Origin: a virus
Lineage: Duplodnaviria; Caudoviricetes
Reading direction: 5' to 3' (one strand)
DNA length: 64,000 nucleotides
IMG/VR virus record: IMGVR_UViG_3300005330_000016
Coordinates: 13,983 to 77,982 of that record
In this document: positions 45,546 to 56,800 of the stretch, piece by piece
How positions within the stretch are numbered: position 1 is the stretch's first letter
How the letters are laid out: the number at the start of each line of letters is the position of its first letter
Position numbers and translations under genes: made by a program
The notes under the pieces: generated by a model
Databases searched by the model: none
What the model was told of the DNA's origin: nothing
Seen by the model: only the letters and a program-made list of their open reading frames with translations

Positions 45546-48502
45546 GCTACCCCGAGTTCTGCATTCAACTGCCGTTCAGCCAGCAGTAGCTCGCGCTCCT
45601 TGCGGGCGTCCCTCAGCGCTTCCAGTTCAGCCGCGACCAGCGCCACGCCACGCTCGAAGCCGCGCAGTTCAAGAAGGGCACGACCCACAACGTGATCACT
45701 CAGCGCAGCTACGGCAAACGCCTGCTTGCGTGCGTCTTCGGACGAGCCGATAGCTTTGAAATCGCCGCCGTGCTCATCAATGAGAACCTGATGCGCCCGC
45801 ACAATCGCAGCCGCATACTCATCCTGCGCATCGCGTAAGTCGGCCTGCTGCTCAGCCAGTTGATGGCGTAGCTCGGCCATACGTTCAACACTCATTAGAT
45901 CAAACCCCCTTCAAGTTAGGATGCGATTTTACGCCCAAACGACGTAGCGCGTCACGTCACAAACCATTGTCAGACCTAACCATCTTTAGGTCGATCAAGC
46001 GTTCCGTAGACCGAGCAATGGCACTCGCCTGCCTCGGCACGGTCCTGCTCACAGTCACTCCGCGTGCAGATGTTGGCAGAGGGGATCGGTGGGGTCATCG
46101 CGTGACCGCAGCGGGCTGCTTCGGCCAAGGCTCGATATAGCTTCTCGCCGTCTACGCCGTGATCCATTTCTAGCGCGCTGTAGAACGGCGTTGATTGTGT
46201 CAGTAGAGCGCACGCAGCACTTCGTAGCCGCTCCTCGGTTTCAGATGCGGCGGTGCCAGGTCGAGGTCGACTCACCCGGTTATTCGTCGAAAGTGCCTCA
46301 TCGGCTAGATCAATACACGTCTGTATCGTGTATCCACCCCTTGACGATGCAGGCGCGTAGGCACTCGCCATCATGTCGGCCAGCCATTCACGGATGATGA
46401 GCAAGGCTTGTTTGCTACGTTCGTTCTCATACTCTAGTTCCATCTTTAGGCCTGCCAAAGGTTAAGTGCCTTGCCGGTTTCAGTCTCGTATGCAGCGATC
46501 ATTTCACGCAACGTGCGGCGTCGTGGATCAGGGTTGCCGGCGCGGCACCATTGGCAGATGTAGCCACCCTGCCCGCAGTTGCGGTGGTGAGTATCGCAGG
46601 CGTCGGTGCAGCAGCAATCCCACTCGGCCGTTGGGCCTTCGACGGCTCGGCACGGCCGACCGCATTGATGACAAATCTTGTCAGTCATATCAACAATTAG
46701 CCTCTACCAAACCGCGATGCAGAGCAGGATGAAAAGCCAGAGCGCGAGCGCAATCTGTACGGGGTAGCTGATCTCCATGCTTGGTCACCTCTAACAACAA
46801 TTAGCTCTGACTGACTGCCTTGAGGATCACGGCGTAGGCCTCGTCCAGTTCGATATTGTCACCAACGTGCTGGTTGCCATCTGTAATGCCGGCTGCCCAC
46901 GTCTGTAACCGCTCGTCGTATTGCTTGAATGCCTCGACTACCGCCCGCAGCCGCTCGACCTCAGCGCGTAGGGCTGCATTCTCAACGAGCCGTTTGGTAT
47001 CACTGGCAAGTCGGGCATCACGCTCCAGCGTCAACGTGACGGTCCGCGTCTGCCACATGTCGCGGCTTTCCGTTAGTTGCTCGACCTCGTCGCGCAGGGT
47101 GTCGCGCTCGGCATCCCGCTCAGCTAACGCCTGTTCCGTTTCCGACAGTTCCACAGTCAGCCGACCAGCCAATTCATCCAGCTTGCCCGCCGCATCGCGG
47201 AGCGACTCGTTATCGGCGCGGAAGTCGTCACGCTCAGTCTGAGTTTCAGTTAGCTCGGCGCGCAGGGTGTCGCGCTCGGCCTGTAACTCGTCGCGTTCGC
47301 GGGCAGTCGCCACCATCGCCGCGTGGGTGGCTTCATAGGCTCGGAGCAACGCCTCGTTCTCGGCGCGCAGGGCGTCGCGCTCGGCGGCGACATGACCGAT
47401 CTGTGAGCGCCAGTTGTCCGGCCTAATTTGATTCGCGTGGTTGATCGCGTCTGCGCGTTCTTTTGAGATGCGGCTGATCTTGTCAAGCAAGTACGCTACC
47501 TGACACTCATGACCCGGCTGGTGGCCTCCCGCGTGGGTGGCATCATGCCAGCGGCGCACGTCATCTATGGAACGGAATCTCTCGGGCGCGTCCATTAGCT
47601 CTGACTAGGGCACCGCGATGGCGATGATCCGCCGTAATGCTTCACTGGCATGCTGAGCACCGACCAGGCCGTGCTCTTGGCGGAATCGTTCGAGCCGTGC
47701 GTTTGCCTGCTCGTCCAGAACGAAGGCCCGAGTCGTGCTGCCGACCAGCGTAGGCTTGCGACCTGACCCTGGCCGGTAGCCGCCGTGAGTCTTCGGAATG
47801 CTCCGCGTCAGTGCCACGTTGCGAGCCACGATATCGGCCACCATCGGATCCGCCAGTCGCTTGACCGCTTCGGCCCGTAGCTCTGAGTTCACCTTGTGAG
47901 CCGCCACATGCCTGCCGTGGTTGCCACCGTTGTTGCTGACCTTGCCGCACCGCTCGCACGTATAGGTCTTCGTAGAGACGTTCGCTGTCATATGCACGTA
48001 GCGTATCAGGCTTCCGGCAATCGGTCAATACGATGTCAAGCCTGCTTGTACGCCTCACGCGCCCAGCGGGCCATGTCGCGTTCTTGCTGCCGCTTGTGTG
48101 CCTTCAGCCGTCGCTGGTAGATCTTGGCTTGCTCCAGCAACACGGTTGCGTTGTCCACCAGCCGCTGAGCTATCTCTAGGTCTAGATCACTGGCGTGGTC
48201 GGGCACGGCTACTTCAACGTTGTAGGCAATGAGCGCTCGCACGGCGGCATGGGCATAATCAGTGGCGTCAGCGACCCGCATGCCCATGCCGCTGTCTATG
48301 GTGTTCATGCGTCCATCTCCACTACTTCAACGTTAGTCTCGAATGGCGAGATGCTGTACTGCTCGCCTTGTCGCTCAACCAACACCTGGCAGTTGAACGT
48401 GTGCGGGTCGCCTGCGATCCCGACAACGCGAACGATCTCGTCATGAACCAGAACATCATCGCCAACCTTGGGCTGGCGGCTCAGGACTGTGTAGCTCTTC
48501 AT
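45542..48502 (-). other. Early hypothetical ORFs 45542-45895, 45976-46458, 46446-46688, 46801-47595 (coiled coil, AERDxLR repeats), 47605-47991 (Zn finger plus HGGYRPGSGRKP/RHH), 48036-48308, 48305-48502
   Basis: ORF track; promoters TTGACC 48028-48023/TACGCT and TTGACG 48538-48533/TAAGGT/ATG 48502. Confidence 0.6.
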
Positions 48503-48532
48503 CCCCCCTACCTTATACCCATGCGCTTGATC

Positions 48533-48725
48533 CGTCAATACCCCAATCCTGCCAATGCCGGCATAAACCGTAACCGGCACACCTATAGGAAACCGGACGT
48601 TACGGTTCCGTCTTTTCCCCATTCCATAACACGTTCCGGAACACGTTACGCTTTGCCCGCCGGCGAGTTTTGAAATTGGTACCGAAAACCTATTGACAAT
48701 CAACGAGAGACGGGTGTAAGGTCAG
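48533..48725. promoter_or_regulatory. Divergent master control region between left and right arms
   Basis: Back-to-back promoters (48538 minus; TTGACA 48693/TAAGGT 48717 plus), two GCCGGC, GTTCCGGAAC 48633 and GTTACGG variants. Confidence 0.7.
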
Positions 48726-49084
48726 GGGGTAGGAAATGAGAAGGAGCCATGACTGAGATCACGAAGATAATCAAGCTCACGCCATTCGAGCTAGCGCGGC
48801 TGCAAGCCGCAACTGGCGTAAATGTACCAGGGGCCAGAGTACTCGGTGACGTTTGGGATCTGATCGACGTAGCTCGCCTGACGAGCATTCGACGGGCCGT
48901 AGAGAACGGCTTCTACACGGACAAGCGATGATCTGGATAGCGCTCGTTGCCGCCTGGACGGTACTGGCCTTCTTCGTTTGGTGCCTGTGCCGCATGAGCG
49001 CTCTCTCGGAGGAAGACGAATGACACCACGCAGACTCATCGTTACCCGCCTGGGGCTTCGGCCCCGTTCCATCAGGGGGATCTG

Positions 49085-50212
49085 ATGACTACCAATCTCA
49101 TGGCCGCTTCCAATCAGTGGGCTTCGCGTCCCGACGATCAGCGGTTTCTGAATCTTGACGCGCTAAGCGATGCCGTTGCCCGCCGCCGCTCGCTGAGCCA
49201 CGACCGCGTACTGCGGCTGGACACGCTGAGCCTGGGCCACGACAGCACCAACAACAGGTTGTTCCTGAGCGGCCACAACGGTGCCGCCGTGAACTTCACC
49301 CATTGGAGCTTCGGGCAACTCGCCAGTGCTGTCGGCGCTCCGGCTGCTTACATGCGCAAACTGCCTGCCGCGTTGGCGGAAGTCAACATCGAGTATGGGC
49401 TGAAGTTCAACGACGCCGGGCGTGAGGAAGCGAAACTCCTGTATACCTATGGCGAAGACGGCCAGGCCGTTGGTGAAGCACGAGCCTTCACCGGACCAAC
49501 CTACGGTCGCATTTGGGATCAGCAGATCGTGGACGCCGTGCGACGCATGAACGACGACAACCGCTGGTCAGTGCCCACGCCGTTCAAGACGGCTGACGGC
49601 TCGCGCACCAACGACGGGTTTACCGTTGACAAGCGTTCGACCACGCTCTACGCGAGCGACCGCGACATCTTCATCTTCCTAGTGGACGAACGCAACCCGA
49701 TCCTGATTGACGATCAGGCTTACTTCCGGGGCTTCTACACGTGGAACTCGGAAGTTGGCAAGGCAACCTTCGGGCTGAGCACCTTCCTGTACTCCTACGT
49801 CTGCGCCAACCGCATCATTTGGGGTGCGGCGGAAGTCGAAGAGCTTCGCATCCGTCACACGTCATCCGCGCCTGATCGGTTCATCGAAGAGGCTACGCCA
49901 GCACTCGCAGCGCTGAGCGATTCATCGCCTCAACCGATCATCAACGCCATCCGCAAGGCGAAGGAAACCAAGATCGCCAACACACCGGCGGAAGTCGAGA
50001 AGTGGCTCGCTGGCAAGGGCTTCGGCAAATTTGAAGCCGCGACGGGCATCGCAATGGCGGCTCGTGGTGGCGACACCGGATCCGATGGCGACCCGACCAA
50101 CCTGTGGGACGTGATTCAGGGCGGCACGGCTGCGGCTCGCAGCATCACCCATCAGGACACACGCCTTGATCTGGAAAAGAAGTGGTCGGCACTTCTGAGT
50201 TCGGCCCGATAG
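49085..50212 (+). CDS. DUF932 family protein
   Basis: WASRPDDQRF, HWSFGQLAS, YASDRDIFIFL, RGFYTWNSEVG, CANRIIWG, RIRHT, TNLWD. Confidence 0.8.
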   Translation: MTTNLMAASNQWASRPDDQRFLNLDALSDAVARRRSLSHDRVLRLDTLSLGHDSTNNRLFLSGHNGAAVNFTHWSFGQLASAVGAPAAYMRKLPAALAEVNIEYGLKFNDAGREEAKLLYTYGEDGQAVGEARAFTGPTYGRIWDQQIVDAVRRMNDDNRWSVPTPFKTADGSRTNDGFTVDKRSTTLYASDRDIFIFLVDERNPILIDDQAYFRGFYTWNSEVGKATFGLSTFLYSYVCANRIIWGAAEVEELRIRHTSSAPDRFIEEATPALAALSDSSPQPIINAIRKAKETKIANTPAEVEKWLAGKGFGKFEAATGIAMAARGGDTGSDGDPTNLWDVIQGGTAAARSITHQDTRLDLEKKWSALLSSAR

Positions 50213-50524
50213 ATGGAAAGGGTAATCGGTGCTACCGTTCTGATCGTTGGCTGGGTAATTGTCGCAGCACTGCTCAGCGCATTCGTGATCGCCCAGTTAT
50301 GGGGGTGGTTCCTCACCCCCATCTCCGGCATACCAGTGCCGCCGACGGGCAACATCATCGGCCTATCGCTGCTCATCGGCTGGTTCACATCGCATACCGC
50401 ACCCGCAAAGGAAGGAGAATCGTTCTCGGTAACGGTGCTGGGTGGCGCGTTCACGTTCCTCGCCAGGGTCGCCATCACTCTGCTCATGGGCTTCATCGTC
50501 GCCAAGGCAATCGGTGTAGCGTGA
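50213..50524 (+). CDS. Membrane protein
   Basis: Three hydrophobic segments. Confidence 0.6.
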   Translation: MERVIGATVLIVGWVIVAALLSAFVIAQLWGWFLTPISGIPVPPTGNIIGLSLLIGWFTSHTAPAKEGESFSVTVLGGAFTFLARVAITLLMGFIVAKAIGVA

Positions 50525-50769
50525 ACCAACAGGGCTTATTCGACACAGAGCCGGCGGTAACCCCGCCGGTTCTCGTGGTGCGCTGTCCGTGTTGCCTTGG
50601 CGTGGCGGGCGCGAACTTCGGCAAGCTGGGCAAGACCGGCGTGTGCAACACTTGCGCCGTCTTCCACACTTGGAAACCAAAGTAAAGGAGAGCCTATGGC
50701 ATGAAAGTCTATTGACAGGTATTCGACCATGCTCTAGGATGGCTAGAGCACAACGTACAGGGGGTACGA

Positions 50770-51822
50770 ATGGTAGTAGCTTTTCGCAAGCGACCCGAGA
50801 AACGACCCGATCCGGGTGACGGGGCTGCGCTGTACAAGGATCTGCCGATCAGCGACATGTTCGTGGACTTTGAGTCTCAAGGCGGCTACGCCCGAGCACT
50901 CAACCCGACCCGCGTCAAGTACCTGACCGAGAACTTCAACGCCAACGCTATCGGCACTATCTACGTGAGCTTGCGCGACGACGGCTCGCTAGCCTTGATC
51001 GACGGCAACCACCGGGTCACGGCGGCAATCGCCAACGGTCTGACCACACTGGACGCCTACGTCTACGCCGACCTGACCATCGAGCAGGAAGCCGACCTGT
51101 ACCGCATGTTCGGTGACTACCTGAAGCAGCGACCCGTAGACCGCTTCCTGGCTGCACTCCGGGCCAACGATCCCGACGCGCATGCCATTGCCGCAGTGCT
51201 GGCCGAGTACGACCTGAAGGTTGTGGTGAGCACCAAGGGCCACGGTATCCACGCCGTAGAATCCGTACAGACCATCGTGAACAAGTACGACCTTCGGATG
51301 CTGCGGCTAGTGCTGGCCTTCCTTGTGGAAGCCTTCGGCAACAACGCGGTAGCGCTCAACGGATCCACGCTGAAGGGCGCGGCCATGTTCTTGGAGCGAT
51401 TCGCCAGCCATCCACAGTTCAACCACAAGCGGCTCATGACGCGCCTGAAGCGTGGCGGCTATGCCCAATACGAACAGCGCGCCAGGGCCGTCAGGGTGGC
51501 AGAACGTTGCGACGCCGCTTCAGCCAGCGGTCGGGCGTTCATGGCGATCCACGACTCCAACCTGGCCGACGCCAACAAGCTGGGTGCGTGGATTATCAAG
51601 TCCTACTCGCCCGAAGACAGGCAGCGGATGAAGACCCGGCTCACCACAATCGCCAGTCCGGCAGCCCTCAAGAAACAACGGACTGGTGCTACGGAGCGAG
51701 CGATGCTCACCGACTGCAAGACGTGCGGCGCACAGCCCTTGCAGCCCTGCCCCACGCCTGATGGCTACGCCCACAAAAGCCGCATCGAGCGCGCTCGCCA
51801 TCTGCGCCGGAAGGTAGCGTAG
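50770..51822 (+). CDS. ParB/Srx-like domain protein (DUF6551-like)
   Basis: YARAL, AIGTIYVSLR, LIDGNHRV, EQEADLY; own promoter TTGACA 50712/TAGGAT 50735. Confidence 0.75.
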   Translation: MVVAFRKRPEKRPDPGDGAALYKDLPISDMFVDFESQGGYARALNPTRVKYLTENFNANAIGTIYVSLRDDGSLALIDGNHRVTAAIANGLTTLDAYVYADLTIEQEADLYRMFGDYLKQRPVDRFLAALRANDPDAHAIAAVLAEYDLKVVVSTKGHGIHAVESVQTIVNKYDLRMLRLVLAFLVEAFGNNAVALNGSTLKGAAMFLERFASHPQFNHKRLMTRLKRGGYAQYEQRARAVRVAERCDAASASGRAFMAIHDSNLADANKLGAWIIKSYSPEDRQRMKTRLTTIASPAALKKQRTGATERAMLTDCKTCGAQPLQPCPTPDGYAHKSRIERARHLRRKVA

Positions 51823-52061
51823 GCATGTGCAGGCACCGGCGCAAACTACGCATCGAAGACGTAGAGCACGGTGGCTTCCAGATCATGTGCGCCGCGTGCC
51901 TGCTCGTCACCGACCGATGGCCGACTCTATTCAAGGCGTGGCTTGAGTGGCTACGCCTCAACCGGGAGGTAGTGCTGGCCGATTGACCCCGGCCAGGTCG
52001 TACACGAAGGGCAAAGACTGGCCGGGGGTGGTGCAACCCCCGGCACTTCAAGGGAGAGACA

Positions 52062-52760
52062 ATGACCAAAGCCGTAGACGATCTACAAGACGCCATCGAG
52101 AAGCACAACGAGCGGTCCATGAGCATGCGAGCAGCCAGAGATCGACTGGTCGCCATTCACTCACGACCGCTTGACTTCTGTTACGAGTGCGGCATGACCG
52201 CGCCGTGCGACGTGCGCCGCATGCTGGATGTGATCCAAGCCTACGAAGACGGCATGACGTGGATGACCACATGTACCCACTGCGCAAGTCTCTGGAACGA
52301 CAACTACAACCAGTACGAGCGGATCGAAGCCTTACTGCGGCAGATGGACCGGCTGGGGATCAAGGCCGACTCATGCTGACGCCGTATCCGTATTGCCCGT
52401 ACTTCAAGAAGAACCGCAAGCGCATGTACCCGACCTACAAGGTAGCTCTGCTGCACTGCTTCGACGGCATGCACGTGTTTACCTGCACTTCGACCAGGCT
52501 TCCTGAGCACTTCCACGTCGGGCATCCGTTCCGGGATAGCCGAGTATCGCGCCGTGTCTCGGAAGCGGAATACGAAGCCAGCCTATCTTCCCGGCTGCCG
52601 GGAGAGTTGGCATGAGCAACCTGTGGCAGTGGATCACAACGCCATTCATCCTTATCTCGCCACTCGGCCTGATCTTGGGGTTGGTGTTCTACTCCTTGGG
52701 GTCGTTCACCTACCACTTCATCGCCGAACTGGTGATCATCTGGAAACGCCGGCAATCTAG
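52062..52760 (+). other. Small hypothetical ORFs 52062-52379, 52373-52615, 52608-52760
   Basis: AAGGGAG RBS, coupled ORFs. Confidence 0.5.
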
Positions 52761-52815
52761 AAACTCGCCTTGAAACAGTATTGACAGGCGTATCGGGTGG
52801 TAGTAAGCTACGGGT

Positions 52816-53364
52816 ATGAACAACTCCACCCGATTCGGCCTCAACAATCGCGGCACCAAGGCTTGTCAGTTCTGCGGAAAGCTCTCATGGGCCAGCCGCC
52901 AGGACGAGACAGCGAACCGGGCCATGTGCCAGGGCTGCTTCGACGCAGCGGGCTACGAGAACCAGCATTCCGACACCAATGGCGAACACTACGGCAACAT
53001 CGAAACCCTCTGCCCAATCTGCTTCCCGGACCGCGAAGCTCGCCGGCTGGCGAAGGCCGCAGCGACAGTCGCCGGCTACCAGCAAGCAGCCGCCAAGCGA
53101 GCCGAGAAGGCCGTCGCCCGCGAGCAGGCCGCAGCCGCCAAGCAGGCTGACAAGAAGATCTGCCGGGGCACCTTCCTTGACCGACCGTGCGACCAGCGAG
53201 CCAGCAAAACCAGCGACTTCTGCTCTACCTGCCGACCGTACCATCCGCACACCGCAATCAACATGGCGAAGACAGACGCCGAATTCCTCACCCGCCAGGG
53301 CAAAGACGCCAAGAGCCTATGCGGTCTGTGCGGCAACCCGAAGGCTCATAGCCTTCACAACTAG
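52816..53364 (+). CDS. Leaderless multi-Zn-finger protein with Ala/Lys-rich linker
   Basis: CQFC, CQGC, CPIC, CSTC, CGLC; promoter TTGACA 52781/TAAGCT 52804. Confidence 0.65.
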   Translation: MNNSTRFGLNNRGTKACQFCGKLSWASRQDETANRAMCQGCFDAAGYENQHSDTNGEHYGNIETLCPICFPDREARRLAKAAATVAGYQQAAAKRAEKAVAREQAAAAKQADKKICRGTFLDRPCDQRASKTSDFCSTCRPYHPHTAINMAKTDAEFLTRQGKDAKSLCGLCGNPKAHSLHN

Positions 53365-53466
53365 GGGCCGAGTAGATCGACCGAACGCACCGGGGAGCGG
53401 GCCTTCCCGGTTGCGGATCGGGACGGAAAGTGCGACCCTTTCCCGGCTCCACCGAAGGGAGAGACA

Positions 53467-53874
53467 ATGGATCGCAGATCATTCCTCAAGGGACTAGGGA
53501 TCACCGCAGCCGCCGTGGCAGTGCCGAGCCTGGTGCTGCCGAGCAAGACGATTGCGCTGCCCGAGCCGAACCGTACGTTCTTCACGCCACCCGAGCAGGG
53601 CTGGCTACCTGGCGAATCGGCGCTCGAATACATCAAGAAGCAGGAAGCGGATCTCTACCGCATGTTCGGTGACTACTTGAAGCAGCGGCCCGGCGCAACG
53701 CACTACCGCATCACTGGTTTCTACGATCCCGACGTGCCGCTGGTAATGCCCGGCGAGACGGTGTTGCTGCGCATGCCTCGTGGTGGCCTTCCCGTACGAG
53801 CGATGGTCGTGGACAACGTGGCGCGAGATGCCGGCACCGTCCATCGGATTCTTGAAAAAGTATTGACACCTTAG
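53467..53874 (+). CDS. Twin-arginine (Tat) signal peptide protein
   Basis: MDRRSFLKGLGITAAAVAVPSLV. Confidence 0.7.
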   Translation: MDRRSFLKGLGITAAAVAVPSLVLPSKTIALPEPNRTFFTPPEQGWLPGESALEYIKKQEADLYRMFGDYLKQRPGATHYRITGFYDPDVPLVMPGETVLLRMPRGGLPVRAMVVDNVARDAGTVHRILEKVLTP

Positions 53875-53898
53875 CCGAGTGGCTGTAAGGTACTAGGT

Positions 53899-56800
53899 AT
53901 GAACAACTTCCGCTCCAATCGCAAGCCAGCCTGGGTCATCCTCCGCGAGAACGAAGAAGCCCGCCGAGACGCCGCTCGCTACGAAGCCACCCACAACATC
54001 GGCAATGTCATTGCCCAGCAGACCACCGTCGCCCGCACGAGCGAGCAGTACCAGTCGGCAAAGGCTGACGTAATCAAGGCAGTCGCCCAGTTCATGAGCG
54101 GCCAGCCGACCATCGAAGAGCTAAAGGCTCTCGGCGGCTACACCGTAATCATCGGGCGATACATCGACTCAGTTACCGCTGGCAAGACCTACACCGTGAC
54201 CGGCCATCAGGTAGCCCTGGCGAGCCTACTACGCACCGAGTGGCTGGACATCCGCAATGCGGCCATCAAGGCCGCGCAGGGCTAAGGGGAATCCAATCAT
54301 GACCAGCAAGCTCGATCTGTGGGCATTCGACCAGATCTGCCCGCCTAAGAGAAAGTGCGCCTTCTGTGGTGAGCCGGCCACCAGAAAGTGCGCCTTCTGT
54401 GGTGAGCCGGCCACCAAGATCATCGAAGGCTACGATCCGAAGGGCGTCTGCGCGGAGTGCCTGGAGGAACTGGAGTCATGACAGCGCAAGAGCAAGGCAT
54501 CCTTGCGCTGTTCCTGTTTCTCTCTGCGATTGCCTTCCTGCCGGTACTAGTGCTGGCCTTTCGAATCTGGTGGAAGTGGCTGATGGAATCAATTACGTGT
54601 GACCTTGACAGGATCCGCTGGCGATGACCGCTTGGGTTGACTTTCAGGACTACCTGGCTAATCTGCCCGAGCCTACGCGATGGGAACGGCTGCGCTGGGG
54701 CGTGGGTTGGAAGTGGGAAACCATCACCAGGGAGCTACGCAGCGCACCGTACAACGTGCGCAGGAGCATCGCAGTAGTCAGGGCGTACTGGGGTACCTAC
54801 GACTTCGACTGGACCGCTCTAGGCGTGCTCATGCGCTTCCAGATCGGTCGTACGCGGCAGACCATCCAGAAGAACGGTCACCTGATGAACTCCGAGCGCG
54901 TCTGCCGCGACATGCTCATCTGCGAAACGCTACTCACGCGGCTGATGGACGAGTCGTATTACGAGATCGCAGACGCCCGCTACCCGGATCGGGGGGCACG
55001 CTGGGCCAGGTTCATCAATCAGCTAGAGGCTCAGGACATGGCGATGCTCATGGACAAGCTGAAGCACATGAGGGAATGGTGGGACTGATGGAAGCCAAGG
55101 CTACGCACATGGCCGTTGGCGCGTACACCCACGCCGATACGTCGCTCAACCCCCACGGCGTACCGAGCGTGCTGGGCGAGCACGCCATGATCATGGTGAG
55201 CTACGCGCCTGACCCGAAGTGCCCAGGCGTGTGCCTGCGCGTGATGGTCGCAGACGTGAGCGTTGAGCTACAGATCCGCCCCGACCAGGCTACAGGCATC
55301 GCAGAGCTACTTCTCGCGGCTGCTCGCATCCTTGAGTATGCCGACGTGCCAATCACGTTCAACGAAGACCCCGGCAAGGCGTACGACTATCCATGACTGA
55401 CGCACTCCAACTGCTCTGCGCCTGTGGCGATATGTTCAGCATTGGGCTAGGCGAACGTGTTGAGCGGATCGAAGACGCTAAGCCGTGGGTGGTACCGCAG
55501 CCGAAGACGTTTACCAAGTCGCTCGCCGCGTGGTTTGACGAGCACCAGGCTTGCAGCAGTGGCCGCTTTCCGTGCAAGCCGGCGATCATGGTGAGTGTTC
55601 ACGATTAGTTGTTGACACGTCAAGCGTGGCGGGTGTAAGGTGACGGTATGGAACACAAGGTAGTCAGCAAGACAGCTGTTGACCGCACGCCGATCATCCG
55701 AGTCGAGTGCTCCTGCGGTTACTACCAGCAGAAGACCGTTATGAACTTCTTTGAGTCACTGTGGCTCAAAGACACCCAGCACATGTTGTGGTTCGAGCAG
55801 CAGCCGGCGTAATGCCGGCACTGCTAGATTGCTTGTTGACAGATCAGGCGAACGGGTGTAAGGTACGAAGTATGAAGAACACGATCTGCACAGGCAGTCG
55901 CACCCAGGTCAAGTCCGGCAAGTGCCCGGTCTGCAAGACCGAGCAGCAGTCACACCCGTCTGGCCGACTGTACACCCACATGGCACCACGGATCTGCTCT
56001 TCCCTCTCTTACCAGAAGGGCCGGGGCGGCGCGATGTGGCCGACTCCCTGCACAGCCAAGGCGAAGCCTGGCACCAAGTTCTGCGGGCGGCACGCATGAG
56101 CAACATCTTTGGCTGGAGCTACCCGCCCGGCGCGGCGAACGACCCTAACGCGCCGTACAACCAAGACGAAGGCTGGACGGAAGACTACTGTCCGACATGC
56201 CTGGAGTCGTACTCGCCCGAGTGGCTGGCAATCCTTGAGGGTGGCGAAGAGCCGCCTAGCCCGTACCCGCTGTGCAGCGTGGCGTGCAACGACGCAGAGG
56301 AAGACGAGCCTGACCCGCTGGAGTGGGACTGGTGACGCGCGGCCTATACGTCATGCTGGTCATCGTAGCAATAGCCGCGTGGGCGTTCTGGATGCTCAGC
56401 CAGCCGGTGAGTGCCGACCTGTCGCTGAACCCGAACAACCACGCGCCTGAAGCAATATGGGGTATCCGATGAAAGAAGTATGGTTGCTCACGAGCGGAAC
56501 ATATAGCGACTACAGCGTTGAGTGTGCGTGTGCCACGGAAGAGCTAGCTGACGCGCTATGCGAACGCGAGAACGCTGCACGTCGCCAAGACTTCCGTGAC
56601 GAGTTACAGGTCGAGCGAATCCCGCTGCTCGAAGAAATGCCCGAGCCGGGCCACATCGAGTGGGCGTCTACCGTATGGATGTGGCCCGACATGACCATTC
56701 GCAATCAGATCACGTGGTCATACCCAATAAATCCGTGGCCGGACGAGCAGGTAGACATCGAGCAGGGAGAGTTTTCCAACGGGCAGGGCTTCACGGCTCG

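Noticed and set aside
51997-52020. CACGAAGGGCAAA resembling a c-di-GMP-I riboswitch
   Set aside because: Lacks the GNRA-capped P2 and the GACGCAAAGC continuation
54605-54625. TTGACA at 54605 as another regulon promoter
   Set aside because: No TAnnnT at 17-18 nt spacing and no phased GCCGGC
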